Virus record (IMG/VR): IMGVR_UViG_3300021387_001157
Span: 129,841 to 193,840 of that record
Source of the DNA: a virus
Lineage: Duplodnaviria; Caudoviricetes
Length of the DNA: 64,000 nucleotides
Direction: 5' to 3' (one strand)
The notes below the pieces were generated by a model. The model was not told where the DNA came from, did not search any database, and saw only the letters and a program-made list of their open reading frames with translations. How positions within the stretch are numbered: the stretch's first letter is position 1; each line of letters opens with the position of its first letter. Positions 19,567 to 28,801 of the stretch are shown piece by piece. The translations under genes were made by a program, and so were the position numbers.

Positions 19567-19865
19567 CTAATATCTTACATTTTGTTCGAGGTTCATAGAA
19601 CTTGCTACTGCTTGTTCTCCCACTCGCTTAAATTCGGGTGAACTCAACCCTATTATTCGTTTTCCTTCTTCTAGTATATTCTTTGCTGCGTTAATATCTC
19701 TGTCGTGTACAACACCACATTCAGGACAAAACCCACTCTCTATCAGAGAGTTGTAATAAGTCATTTTTATAACCACAGCAATAACATGTCTTTGATGAAG
19801 GATAAAATCTATCTATAAAGATTACTTTTTTATCATTCCAAGATGCTTTGTATTGAATTATTTGT
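19567..19865 (-). pseudogene. tnpB: TnpB (IS200/IS605/IS607) C-terminal remnant, frameshifted
   Basis: YKASW..IDRFYPSSKTCYCCG then frameshift to CPECGVVHDRDINAAKNI. Confidence 0.8.
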
Positions 19866-19905
19866 TTTTAACTCACAGAAACTAACATCCAGTGTTTTAT
19901 CTTAG

Positions 19906-19979
19906 TGGACACAGATGGGAATCGAACCCATGACTACCTGTTTGCAAAACAGGAGTTCTACCAACTGAACTACTGGCCC
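19906..19979 (-). tRNA. tRNA-Ala(UGC)
   Basis: loop TT TGC AA; G3.U70; 1-nt acceptor bulge. Confidence 0.85.
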
Positions 19980-20037
19980 ATGAAAATTGAGTTGTTTAAG
20001 GTCTAACTCAAGACTAACGACACTAACTTACCAATTG

Positions 20038-20122
20038 TGCCCAAGACAGGACTTGAACCTGCACTCCCTAAACGGGAACCAGCCCCTCAAGCTGGCGTGT
20101 CTACCAATTCCACCACCTGGGC
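20038..20122 (-). tRNA. tRNA-Leu(GAG)
   Basis: loop TT GAG GG; long variable arm. Confidence 0.9.
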
Positions 20123-20179
20123 ATTTGTTGTTTTTAATGCTTCTATATATTTTTTAGTTCATTTTTTTAGTTCAAATTG

Positions 20180-20250
20180 TTGGAGTAACTGGATTTGAAC
20201 CAGTACTATATCCTCCAAAGGGACATGTGCTGCCATTACACCATACTCCA
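20180..20250 (-). tRNA. tRNA-Gln(UUG)
   Basis: loop CT TTG GA. Confidence 0.9.
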
Positions 20251-20500
20251 ATGTCCAATGTTGTTTTATCTGCAAATAAAAAATCCCACACTTTCGAAAG
20301 AATGTGTGAGATGTTGGATATATGTTGAGATTAAAATGTGTTTCTAAAAAATCTTACAAATGATACAAACAAATCACACAACTATGGACACAAATAGGAT
20401 AATCGCCATCTGATAAAACCAGTAGACGAGTCCTTTTTTAAATCCCTTATGTTGTTTATTTGTATTCATATCTTCGTTATTTATGTAAGTTTCTTTTCTA

Positions 20501-21037
20501 TTATTTATGTAAATTAATTTCATATGGTTTTATTGAGCGTTTAACTCTTGCACCACTTCCATATATAAGACTATCTGCAAGTGTATTTCCGACTTCTGGA
20601 AGACCATTACGTCTTTTGTTGTTTAACTGGTCAGTATCTGGTTTCAATTCCTTTATTTTTATAACCACAGAATATACAACCACTTTATCATATGGATAAC
20701 CAAACTCTCCGAAAGTTTTTGCAAAATCTGGATAAACAGAAAGATATACATATCCACATTCAGACTGAAAACTTTTTTTCCTTTTTAGACTTGTGGTTAA
20801 AATACCCTTATCCATTATAGGATTTTTTTCACTTGTACCATGATAAAGTCTTATATAGTCTTCCTTGTGTCTTCTCAACCATTTGTTAAACTCATCAACA
20901 AGTTTTTCGTTATATTCACCATTAAATGAAGTGAAGAACTTAGAAGTTTCCTCATCATCTAATACATCGTATGTCTTTGGCTCTCTATAACTACCATAGT
21001 ATAATTCATTAATAAATTCATCAAACTTTTTAATCAT
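20501..21037 (-). CDS. putative ADP-ribosyltransferase-fold protein with capsid-targeting-like N-terminus
   Basis: LYHGTS and GYVYLS motifs; starts MIKKFDEFINE. Confidence 0.55.
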   Translation of the reverse strand: MIKKFDEFINELYYGSYREPKTYDVLDDEETSKFFTSFNGEYNEKLVDEFNKWLRRHKEDYIRLYHGTSEKNPIMDKGILTTSLKRKKSFQSECGYVYLSVYPDFAKTFGEFGYPYDKVVVYSVVIKIKELKPDTDQLNNKRRNGLPEVGNTLADSLIYGSGARVKRSIKPYEINLHK

Positions 21038-21071
21038 ATTTATGTTTGCTTTATTTATTTATGAATTTTTG

Positions 21072-21145
21072 TACTCCGGACGGGACTCGAACCCGTAATC
21101 TCCACCGTGAAAGGGTGGTGTCCTAACCAATTAGACGACCGGAGC
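21072..21145 (-). tRNA. tRNA-Glu(UUC)
   Basis: loop CT TTC AC. Confidence 0.95.
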
Positions 21146-21214
21146 ATAGTTGTACCGATGTCGCTCGATACGGGCGGGTGAAAAATCACCATCTTGCCAA
21201 GTCGGGTTTTTATG

Positions 21215-21287
21215 TCGGGCAGAGAGGACTCGAACCTCCGACCCCTTGGTCCCAAACCAAGTGCTCTACCAACTGAGCTACTACCCG
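21215..21287 (-). tRNA. tRNA-Pro(UGG), uninterrupted
   Basis: loop TT TGG GA. Confidence 0.95.
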
Positions 21288-21743
21288 TTTTTACTAAAGT
21301 GTGTTGTGAATACACTTATAGTCTAACACATAACCTATTTCAGTGTATTCCAAAGTGAATATCTCTTTGACCGGTTTGCTACCATACAAATTCGGTCAGA
21401 AGGACTGACCATTTGTGTGTTTTTTTCCACACCAGCACTCCTTTAGGGAAACATTCTCTTAACATATTTCCCGTTCTCGGTCGTTTCCAATTCCGATACT
21501 AGGTAGTTGTCTTACATCACCTGAACATCCGGTTGACAACTGGGCGAGCATAAATTTTCCGGATATCTTTTCCAAACTTTCATTGCTTATAGGAACAATA
21601 TTTGGGTTTCGGGTTTCACTTATTCAGACTCCAATTGATATATAATAGAGTGTGAACGTGAACATTTCATATATATAATACCATAATTTCTCTGCCTATA
21701 ACACCTCGGATGAAAATTCCGAGCCCTATTCCTTATAGTATTG

Positions 21744-21816
21744 TGGACCCACTGGGAATCGAACCCAGACCTAAGGCTTGCAAAGCCCTCGTGCTCGCCG
21801 TTATCACCATAGGCCC
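21744..21816 (-). tRNA. tRNA-Ala(UGC)
   Basis: loop TT TGC AA; G3.U70. Confidence 0.85.
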
Positions 21817-21883
21817 ATATCAAGACTTTTTGACACAAATTCTTCAAATCAACTTAGAAGAAGTGATATTATTTGTTGCATAA

Positions 21884-22006
21884 CAAGATTCTTTAATTAA
21901 CTTCATAAAAAGTATCTTTTCAAATTTGTGCCGGACGGTCTTGTCTTCGTCCTTAAACGTTTACATGATGCTTATAATTTTGTAAATCGTTGCTGTTTGA
22001 ATCTTT
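21884..22006 (-). ncRNA. free-standing stem+ACAGCAA element
   Basis: AAAGATTC-AAACAGCAA...GAATCTTG. Confidence 0.6.
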
Positions 22007-22020
22007 AACAAACAATATTG

Positions 22021-22092
22021 AGCCCTCTATTGGAATCGAACCAATATCTGAAGATTACAAATCTACTATAATAACCTTTATACTAAGAGGGC
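22021..22092 (-). tRNA. tRNA-Thr(UGU)
   Basis: loop TT TGT AA. Confidence 0.85.
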
Positions 22093-22097
22093 TTTTA

Positions 22098-22159
22098 CAA
22101 GGTTCACTTTTATGAGTCGAACATAATAGAACCGAAAAACAGTTGCTGTATGAACCTTT
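22098..22159 (-). ncRNA. free-standing stem+ACAGCAA element enclosing a T-arm hairpin
   Basis: AAAGGTTC-ATACAGCAA..TTATG-TTCGACT-CATAA..GAACCTTG. Confidence 0.65.
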
Positions 22160-22164
22160 AATTT

Positions 22165-23000
22165 AGTGAGCAATGAGCAGTCTCCCACTCAAAACCCAAT
22201 TTCCTCTTTTGGAAAGCCTGAGAACTTAGGCAAAGTTGTCACCATTACACGACAGTTGGACATCGTTGTTCACAGTATGTATTTCTACATCCTAGGTGAC
22301 ATGTGCTCCAGTTTTGTGAAAACTGACAAACTCTTACTGCTTGATATCGTAGATTTCCGTTCTCCACCGACCGTCTTGCATAAGACTTCTGAAGATGCCT
22401 CCTCATTGTTCGATGATTACTTGTACTTTCTTGTCTTCAACCTTGCAAGTCTCCGACACCCCCGTGTTACAGAGGGACAAGCACATTTTCTACCAAACAG
22501 TGTCGTGCTCTTTTGCTTTTCTTTCAACATTTTTACCCTAATAAATAATTGAATCTTAGCTTTTTTTGATAACTGTTTTTAGAAAGATGTGGCACGACTT
22601 TGGTCATTCCTACCTTTTGAGTAAGACCCAACCAACACCTTTCTATGTTTCATCGTTCCCCAACGACTCCACATTCTCCGTTTCATCCCATACAATTTCT
22701 CACACAGAACTAATCCTTTGTAATACTTGCAATTGACAGGGAAATCTTTCACAAGTACCTGCTAAAGACCTCTATTGTACTTTCATACTCAAACCAGGTT
22801 TTACCCGATTGTCATCTACTTCATCCTCATCATTTGACATTGGATTTCCCACAGATAACGTGTCTTTTCACTTTTCAACAGATTGCATCTTTCGATACAA
22901 CGCCACATCCCGTTTATCTCGGATATGACTTTATCCCATTGCTGGATTATCCTTTTGTCAAGTCCGAAGACTCAACACGGTTCTGAAAGCGAACCTTTTT
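22165..23000 (-). ncRNA. large structured RNA, GOLLD-like (about 830 nt)
   Basis: no credible ORF; many hairpins; GTCGTGC/GCACGAC long-range pair; directly 3' of tRNA-fMet. Confidence 0.55.
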
Positions 23001-23003
23001 TTG

Positions 23004-23075
<72 letters not shown>

Positions 23076-23085
23076 ATCTTTTATT

Positions 23086-23640
23086 TTACACAAAGAACAA
23101 AATACCACATTCTATCATATCTTCTACTTTACAAAGAAAATCTGTTATATTTTCGTCTTTTATTTGGTTTATTTTCAAGTTATTACGATTTGCATTTAAG
23201 ATAATAAACTCTTTCCATTTCTTCATATCTATCATACATCTTTTGATAATATTTGTTGTATTCCTTTCAACAAATGTACAATAGACATAATCACATTTTG
23301 TGATAATCGACCAACCAAAATTTCCATGAGAAATAATCTCAAACGGAAGATTACCAGTATCAAGAGCACGACCATCAGATTTAACCTCTATCTTTTTGTA
23401 TCGTTCTCTTTCAGATAAAACTATATCCAATTCAGGTAAACTATCACCATATTCATTATCTATTACAAAATCGATATCAATCAACTGATACTCCTTTATA
23501 TCTGAAACGTCAAATATCTTTCTGCCAACATTCTGAGGTTTACTTGTAAACCATTCAATAAAATCTTTCTCACTTATTTTCCCGTCATTCAAGTCTTTCT
23601 TGAAATTAGGTTTTCTACTTGTTTTCTCTAAAACGGCCAT
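23086..23640 (-). CDS. PD-(D/E)XK nuclease-like protein
   Basis: IDF..IEVK.D..TGN..FE; overlaps the methylase gene. Confidence 0.6.
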   Translation of the reverse strand: MAVLEKTSRKPNFKKDLNDGKISEKDFIEWFTSKPQNVGRKIFDVSDIKEYQLIDIDFVIDNEYGDSLPELDIVLSERERYKKIEVKSDGRALDTGNLPFEIISHGNFGWSIITKCDYVYCTFVERNTTNIIKRCMIDMKKWKEFIILNANRNNLKINQIKDENITDFLCKVEDMIECGILFFV

Positions 23641-24437
23641 ACGTCAATATCATAATTCGTAATCACAATTTCACCACCCTTTTTACATTCTTTTCCACCA
23701 ACATTCGTCATACTGTATACAAAATCAAAACTATAAATGTTGTAATCCTTATACAAATCTCTTATGTCAGAAGATTCATCGTAACTTATCATAATCTTAT
23801 TATTTCCAGAGTGATTTTTAACCCATTCAAACAACATATTATGATTAAAGTTTTTATGAAGTTCTCCCTTATCTCCATATAGTCCGATTTTATTGTTTTC
23901 TTTATATGGCGGGTCAAGATAGATAAAGAAACCATCAATATCAATATAATCGTCAAGTTTAATAAAATCAGTATTCAAAAACGTTGTCCTTTGAATGACA
24001 CTGGAAATATCCTTAATCTTGTTAATTCCATCAATTGTGAAATTCCGATTGAATGCTTGTGAAGAATAATTGCTATTCAATCCACTAAATGATGTCTTAT
24101 TTGATATGAAAAAATGACTTGCTTTATTTCTATCAAGATTCAAGAACTCATTCTTAAATGTTTCACAGTTAAACTGGTTTTTTATCTCCAGACACTCATC
24201 AATAATACTCTGTGGGTTATTTTTAACAGTGTTGTAATAGTTTATTAACTTACAATCAATATCGTTTGCATATATCACTTGTGGATAATACTTCTGTATG
24301 ATATACAACAAAACACTACCACCACCCGTAAACACTTCAAGATATTTATTGACTTCATTTGGAAAGAATCTATCCAAAATCTTTGTCATTTTGGACTTTC
24401 CACCAGGCCAACGTAAATTAGATTTTACTTTACTCAT
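23628..24437 (-). CDS. dam: DNA adenine methyltransferase (Dam/D12 class)
   Basis: LRWPGGKS, EVFTGGGSV, YLDPPY. Confidence 0.9.
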   Translation of the reverse strand: MSKVKSNLRWPGGKSKMTKILDRFFPNEVNKYLEVFTGGGSVLLYIIQKYYPQVIYANDIDCKLINYYNTVKNNPQSIIDECLEIKNQFNCETFKNEFLNLDRNKASHFFISNKTSFSGLNSNYSSQAFNRNFTIDGINKIKDISSVIQRTTFLNTDFIKLDDYIDIDGFFIYLDPPYKENNKIGLYGDKGELHKNFNHNMLFEWVKNHSGNNKIMISYDESSDIRDLYKDYNIYSFDFVYSMTNVGGKECKKGGEIVITNYDIDVWPF

Positions 24438-24441
24438 ATAG

Positions 24442-24514
24442 CGGGGATGGTAGGACTCGAACCTACGACCCAGTGGTTAACAGCCACTTGCTCTACCTGC
24501 TGAGCTACGTCCCC
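24442..24514 (-). tRNA. tRNA-Asn(GUU)
   Basis: loop CT GTT AA. Confidence 0.9.
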
Positions 24515-24646
24515 AAAAATGATTTTTCTTTACCGTTGAAAACCTAAAACGTAATAGTCTTTACTCCACACCATCAAGCGACGACTCTTCGGATTACTCA
24601 GTAATTTACCTTTATATACTCTGGTCAGTCGTTGACCAACAGCTGC

Positions 24647-24722
24647 TGGCGGTCTATACGAGATTCGAACTCGTGTCACCGCCGTGACAGGGCGGCATGC
24701 TAGGCCTCTACACCAATAGACC
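24647..24722 (-). tRNA. tRNA-Asp(GUC), uninterrupted, CCA encoded
   Basis: loop CT GTC AC. Confidence 0.95.
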
Positions 24723-24749
24723 ATACCTATTTATGTTTAGGAAATTTTA

Positions 24750-24822
24750 CAAGGTTCACTTTTTTATCTTGTTATCTGAAATATGGTTCGGATTAGATTT
24801 TTTTATTGCTGTATGAACCTTT
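24750..24822 (-). ncRNA. free-standing stem+ACAGCAA element
   Basis: AAAGGTTC-ATACAGCAA...GAACCTTG. Confidence 0.65.
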
Positions 24823-24831
24823 AAATGTATG

Positions 24832-24897
24832 CAAGAATCTTTTCATGAATGATTCAAAAACTCTGAATTTCATAAAATTGTTGCTGTATGATTCTTT
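24832..24897 (-). ncRNA. free-standing stem+ACAGCAA element
   Basis: AAAGAATC-ATACAGCAA...GATTCTTG. Confidence 0.65.
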
Positions 24898-24991
24898 ATC
24901 TACACGATTTCCTTATTTATTATTTTTCCCTAACAATATAAATATAACAAAAAAATTCAAGAAAATTCAATTTTTTTGAATTTTTTTTTTG

Positions 24992-25063
24992 AGAAGATGA
25001 GCAGAATCGAACTACCATCCCCAGCGTGGCAAACTAGTACACTAACCATTGTGCTACATCTGC
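24992..25063 (-). tRNA. tRNA-Gly(GCC)
   Basis: loop TT GCC AC. Confidence 0.8.
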
Positions 25064-25067
25064 ATTT

Positions 25068-25157
25068 TGGCGGAGAGGGAGGGATTCGAACCCACGGGGG
25101 CTGTTACACCCCAACGGTTTTCAAGACCGCCGCCATAAACCACTCGGCCACCTCTCC
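25068..25157 (-). tRNA. tRNA-Ser(UGA)
   Basis: loop CT TGA AA; long variable arm; CCA encoded. Confidence 0.95.
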
Positions 25158-25284
25158 AATTGCCGTTTCTGTCTTTGTTGCAGAAGACTAACGGCTGTGT
25201 GGAAACTGTCTCCTGACATTACACTGCAACAACGTATGTCTCTTGAAACGTGATGACAACCACAATCCTTCACGATTGATTTTG

Positions 25285-25402
25285 CAGGGTGGGTAGGATT
25301 CGAACCTACGTCACGGCTACCAAAAAGCAAAGAAAACGTATTGCTGTAAGATTCTTTCACAAGAATCAAAAATACGTGTCCTAACCACTAGACGACCACC
25401 CA
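25285..25402 (-). tRNA. tRNA-Gln(UUG) with 46-nt insert in the anticodon stem (25329-25374)
   Basis: removing the insert gives CG|GCT-TTTTGGT-AGCCG. Confidence 0.8.
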
Positions 25403-25404
25403 AG

Positions 25405-25491
25405 CGGAGAGGGAGGGATTCGAACCCCCGAGCCCCTTACGGGACTACCGGTTTAGCAAACCGGGGCATTCGGCCACTCTGCCACCTCTCC
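25405..25491 (-). tRNA. tRNA-Ser(GCU)
   Basis: loop TT GCT AA; long variable arm. Confidence 0.95.
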
Positions 25492-25497
25492 AAATTA

Positions 25498-25556
25498 CAA
25501 GGTTCTTCTTTCGACTTTTTCCACAAATCTTTAAGAAAGTTGCTGTATGAACCTTT
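25498..25556 (-). ncRNA. free-standing stem+ACAGCAA element
   Basis: AAAGGTTC-ATACAGCAA...GAACCTTG. Confidence 0.65.
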
Positions 25557-25559
25557 ACT

Positions 25560-25910
25560 CTGTGAGAGTTGAACAATCTCTCGTTCAATTCCCATCTCCG
25601 TTGTTTTGGTACAAGGAGAAAACCTGCCCTTAAAGACATTGGTCTAAACTACCACCGATTAGGCAGCAGCGAGCATCACCATTTCGTTGGTGTTGTTGTT
25701 AAAGTTGCCATTTACTGACAAGATGAGTCTCTACGCTTTTCATAATGATACAGCATCAAATCCAAGTCATCCCCATGTTACCTCGATAGTTCTGTCTCGT
25801 ATAGACCGCCCAATGTTGAATGTTTTTTCTACACTGAACAAACTGGTGGAGATGTTGGGGTTCGAACCCAAGTCTACCATACTTTCCTAAAAGTTTCAAA
25901 CGAAACCCAT
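25560..25910 (-). ncRNA. ssrA: circularly permuted (two-piece) tmRNA
   Basis: acceptor piece ending CATCTCCACCA (25844) precedes the 5' end GGGGATG (25774); tag ORF 25709-25659 GNFNNNTNEMVMLAAA*. Confidence 0.85.
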
Positions 25911-25913
25911 TTG

Positions 25914-25955
25914 TGATGTCACGGGAGTCGAACCCGTCAAAATTCCAAAGACATC
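25914..25955 (-). ncRNA. mini tRNA-like domain (acceptor + T arm only)
   Basis: GATGTC-TTTGGAATTTTG-ACGGG-TTCGACT-CCCGT-GACATC-A. Confidence 0.6.
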
Positions 25956-25995
25956 TGATTCTATTTATGTTTTTTTATTTTCGAAATTTTTTTAG

Positions 25996-26069
25996 TACTG
26001 ACGGATGGGCTTGAACCATCGACCACCATCTTATAAGGATGGTGCTCTAACCAACTGAGCTACGTCAGT
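25996..26069 (-). tRNA. tRNA-Ile(UAU)
   Basis: loop CT TAT AA. Confidence 0.9.
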
Positions 26070-26073
26070 ATTT

Positions 26074-26332
26074 TGTTGAATATCACACCGGAACTCCCTT
26101 TGGTAATTACTTAATGGATATTCCACTTTATCCATCCAACACTCACTGTGTTGTTGTTGGTTATCTGTTCCGATTACAAGCAGCACACTTGATGATGTGG
26201 AAAAAAGTCTTACTTTGTTCACGGTTATTTGCCATTCACCGTTACTCCAACCGTACCGACTACCTATCAGCAATCGAGGTTTTACGTCAGTCGTATTGAC
26301 CCATTTGATAAAACATCCTGTGATTTTCAACA
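26074..26332 (-). ncRNA. unknown structured RNA, about 255 nt
   Basis: terminal stem TGTTGAA.ATCAC/GTGAT.TTCAACA between two tRNAs. Confidence 0.45.
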
Positions 26333-26335
26333 TTG

Positions 26336-26409
26336 TGGTCCTGGAGGGACTTGAACCCCCGACTCGCTGATTATGAGTCAGCCACTCTGACCAACTGAGT
26401 TACAGGACC
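26336..26409 (-). tRNA. tRNA-Met/Ile2(CAU)
   Basis: loop CT CAT AA. Confidence 0.9.
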
Positions 26410-26421
26410 GATTATGTTTTG

Positions 26422-27042
26422 TACTCCGAGTGGGACTTGAACCCACACGCCCTTTCGGGCAAGGGATTTTCTTACTACACTATGTTACCATAGCACAAAC
26501 AAACGTTCTTGATACCTCAATGCCGTCCCTTGTTGAACTATTATGGACAGTTTCCATATTTTGTTTGTTTGTAGTCTCGACTATGTTATAACCATATTGA
26601 AATTCTTGCAAGATATACACTACTTAGACATCTATTGTTTAATTAGACATATCTTTATTAGAGTTAATTACTCTCTGTAGGAATTGCCATATACTCCAAG
26701 TGTTCTGTTCGTTAGTATAAATTTCAACTTAGGCTGCACCTCTATAGTCTGTACACGTTTATGAAGGAAAAGATGTAAAATCTTTTTGTAGATTAACCTT
26801 CAATTTAGCTCGGCGTTGTCCTACACATTATTGATTAGTGGTCTCACGCCCATGTTTTACGCTTTGACATGTAGTACAAGACCGGAGTTTAACCGGATAT
26901 CCCTCATAAAGAGGGTTAGACAAATCTCTTCAGGTACATAATCAAGGTTTTTCACCGAATTAGGGTGCTTCTAACAAGGACTTTCGTGCCTTGTCACTCA
27001 AATTTCTTAAGTCCCTCGTGTCTACCATTCCACCACCGGAGC
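26422..27042 (-). tRNA. tRNA-Leu(UAA) interrupted by a group I intron
   Basis: exons join to AGGGA-CTT|AAAA-TCCCT; long variable arm. Confidence 0.9.
26471..27008 (-). ncRNA. group I intron (538 nt) in tRNA-Leu(UAA)
   Basis: P1 ACTT/GAGT with U.G pair; CAGACTA and ATAGTC P7 elements; terminal G. Confidence 0.85.
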
Positions 27043-27054
27043 AGAGATACTTAG

Positions 27055-27172
27055 TACTCAAGTGGGAGTCGAACCCATGGAAATACATCCCCCCAATGAC
27101 TTTGTTCCCAAGCCACCAAAGCACACGAGTCTGTGTACGAGCAGCACGTCGTCCCATTGCCATTGCTTGAGT
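27055..27172 (-). ncRNA. tRNA-scaffold RNA with non-canonical middle
   Basis: ACTCAAG/CTTGAGT acceptor and T arm GGG-TTCGACT-CCC. Confidence 0.55.
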
Positions 27173-27701
27173 ATCTCATCCGTTGTATATTCCGAAGGAA
27201 TGTCGATGTTTATCCCTTATTATTTTTCCATCGACTCACATTCGGGTCGTGATGTTTCCATTCAGAAAACACAACAGACGATTTTGAGAATTTTTCTTCA
27301 CTCAATCGGATTGGCCTAACCCGAAGAACAAAGGCGACCTTTATATACATTTAGAGGAATCTTTCATATGGGTTGTACACCCCACCACCTTCTTCCATTT
27401 TATTGGTGGTCTCTCCCTCATTTAGTTCTGTCATAACATTCTTCTTGGATGAGGTTGAATCTTAGTTTAACGTCTTCCACAAGTTACGGACGTATGGCTT
27501 ATGAGTGGGTTTTCCTACTCTACCTCAACATACGGATTGGATTTCTATGCCTCATAGGGCAAACCTTAATCCCCTGTGTTTAAACACATATTTTCTCTCT
27601 CCTGGGGATACTCGATTTTACGAGTGTACCATTTGAAGAAGATGACACGATTTGGGTCACATTTCTCATTTACCATCATAAAAAGAGGGTCTGAACTATC
27701 G

Positions 27702-28541
27702 TCAGATGGTGTAACGACAATTCCTGAAAGAAGTCTCTTCGTCAAAACCGTGTTTTCTTATTTTTATGAGATTTTCACTCCATTCTTTCGATTTACGGTC
27801 TTGTACAATTTCGTGAAGAAGACTCTCTTCTTTTTCGAGTTTCTCCCTTTTTTTCTCTCTCACGAACTTCTTGTAGGCGGAATCACGCTCATATCTAGCA
27901 CGTGAGTATTCGGGAGTTCTCTTTCCGAACTCTATAACTTCACCATCAATGACGGGATGAGCCTTTCTATATAGTTCGACAGGTAAAGGATAGAAAGACA
28001 CCATTTTCGAAATTTTTTCGTACTCTTGTGGTGTTATCGTCTCCGTGAAAAGACGATGCAGTCTGTCCTTTCCAATCTTTTTCACGAGACTCAAAATCTC
28101 AGTCTTAGTGAAGTTCTCCACATTAAAGGTGTATCCTGTCACAACTCTATTGTCAATGAGAGCCGTTGGCACTTTTTTGTGAAACATTGAGATTCTCTCA
28201 TCTTTGGTGATATTTCCGACTTCATCGACAACATATTCGTTGTATTTTGAATGTGGATGTGTGATTGGATAAAGTTCTGAGTGTATCAGGAAATGTCCGT
28301 CATAACCATATCCGAATTTCTCACGGATGTTATGGATGAGGGTTCGCCGACACTCGCCGTAGTTTTCTCCGACATGTTTTTCCCAAAATCTGTTGATATA
28401 GGAGAAAACCTTACTTCTACGACACCACTTCTTCTCATAAAAGTCATAGAAATCACCATTTTTTTTACCGCTGTAACAGAATGTGTCCTTTGTGCAGGAT
28501 GCATGTTGTACGGATTCTTCGTTTTTTTTAATTTTTTTCAT
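27702..28541 (-). CDS. basic hypothetical protein, paralog of 6354..7214
   Basis: shared motifs throughout. Confidence 0.75.
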   Translation of the reverse strand: MKKIKKNEESVQHASCTKDTFCYSGKKNGDFYDFYEKKWCRRSKVFSYINRFWEKHVGENYGECRRTLIHNIREKFGYGYDGHFLIHSELYPITHPHSKYNEYVVDEVGNITKDERISMFHKKVPTALIDNRVVTGYTFNVENFTKTEILSLVKKIGKDRLHRLFTETITPQEYEKISKMVSFYPLPVELYRKAHPVIDGEVIEFGKRTPEYSRARYERDSAYKKFVREKKREKLEKEESLLHEIVQDRKSKEWSENLIKIRKHGFDEETSFRNCRYTI

Positions 28542-28632
28542 AGTATTTATCCTTAGTGTTATATACTTCGGATAAAACTAGAATTATAAATTTCGTGATT
28601 CATTTTTTTTACTTTTTAGACGTTAATATTTG

Positions 28633-28717
28633 TGCCCAAGGTGGGACTCGAACCCACACCCCCTCAACGAGGACAACATTTTGAGTGTTGAGTGTCTACC
28701 AATTCCACCACTTGGAC
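28633..28717 (-). tRNA. tRNA-Leu(CAA)
   Basis: loop CT CAA AA; long variable arm. Confidence 0.95.
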
Positions 28718-28722
28718 ATTTG

Positions 28723-28795
28723 AGCCCCATGCCGGATTCGAACCGGCGACCTACTGCTTACGAGGCAACCACTCTACCGGCTGAGCTAACGGGGC
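28723..28795 (-). tRNA. tRNA-Thr(CGU)
   Basis: loop CT CGT AA. Confidence 0.9.
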
Positions 28796-28801
28796 AAAAA
28801 C

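Noticed and set aside
19567-19865. Active TnpB RNA-guided nuclease
   Set aside because: Only a frameshifted C-terminal fragment remains.
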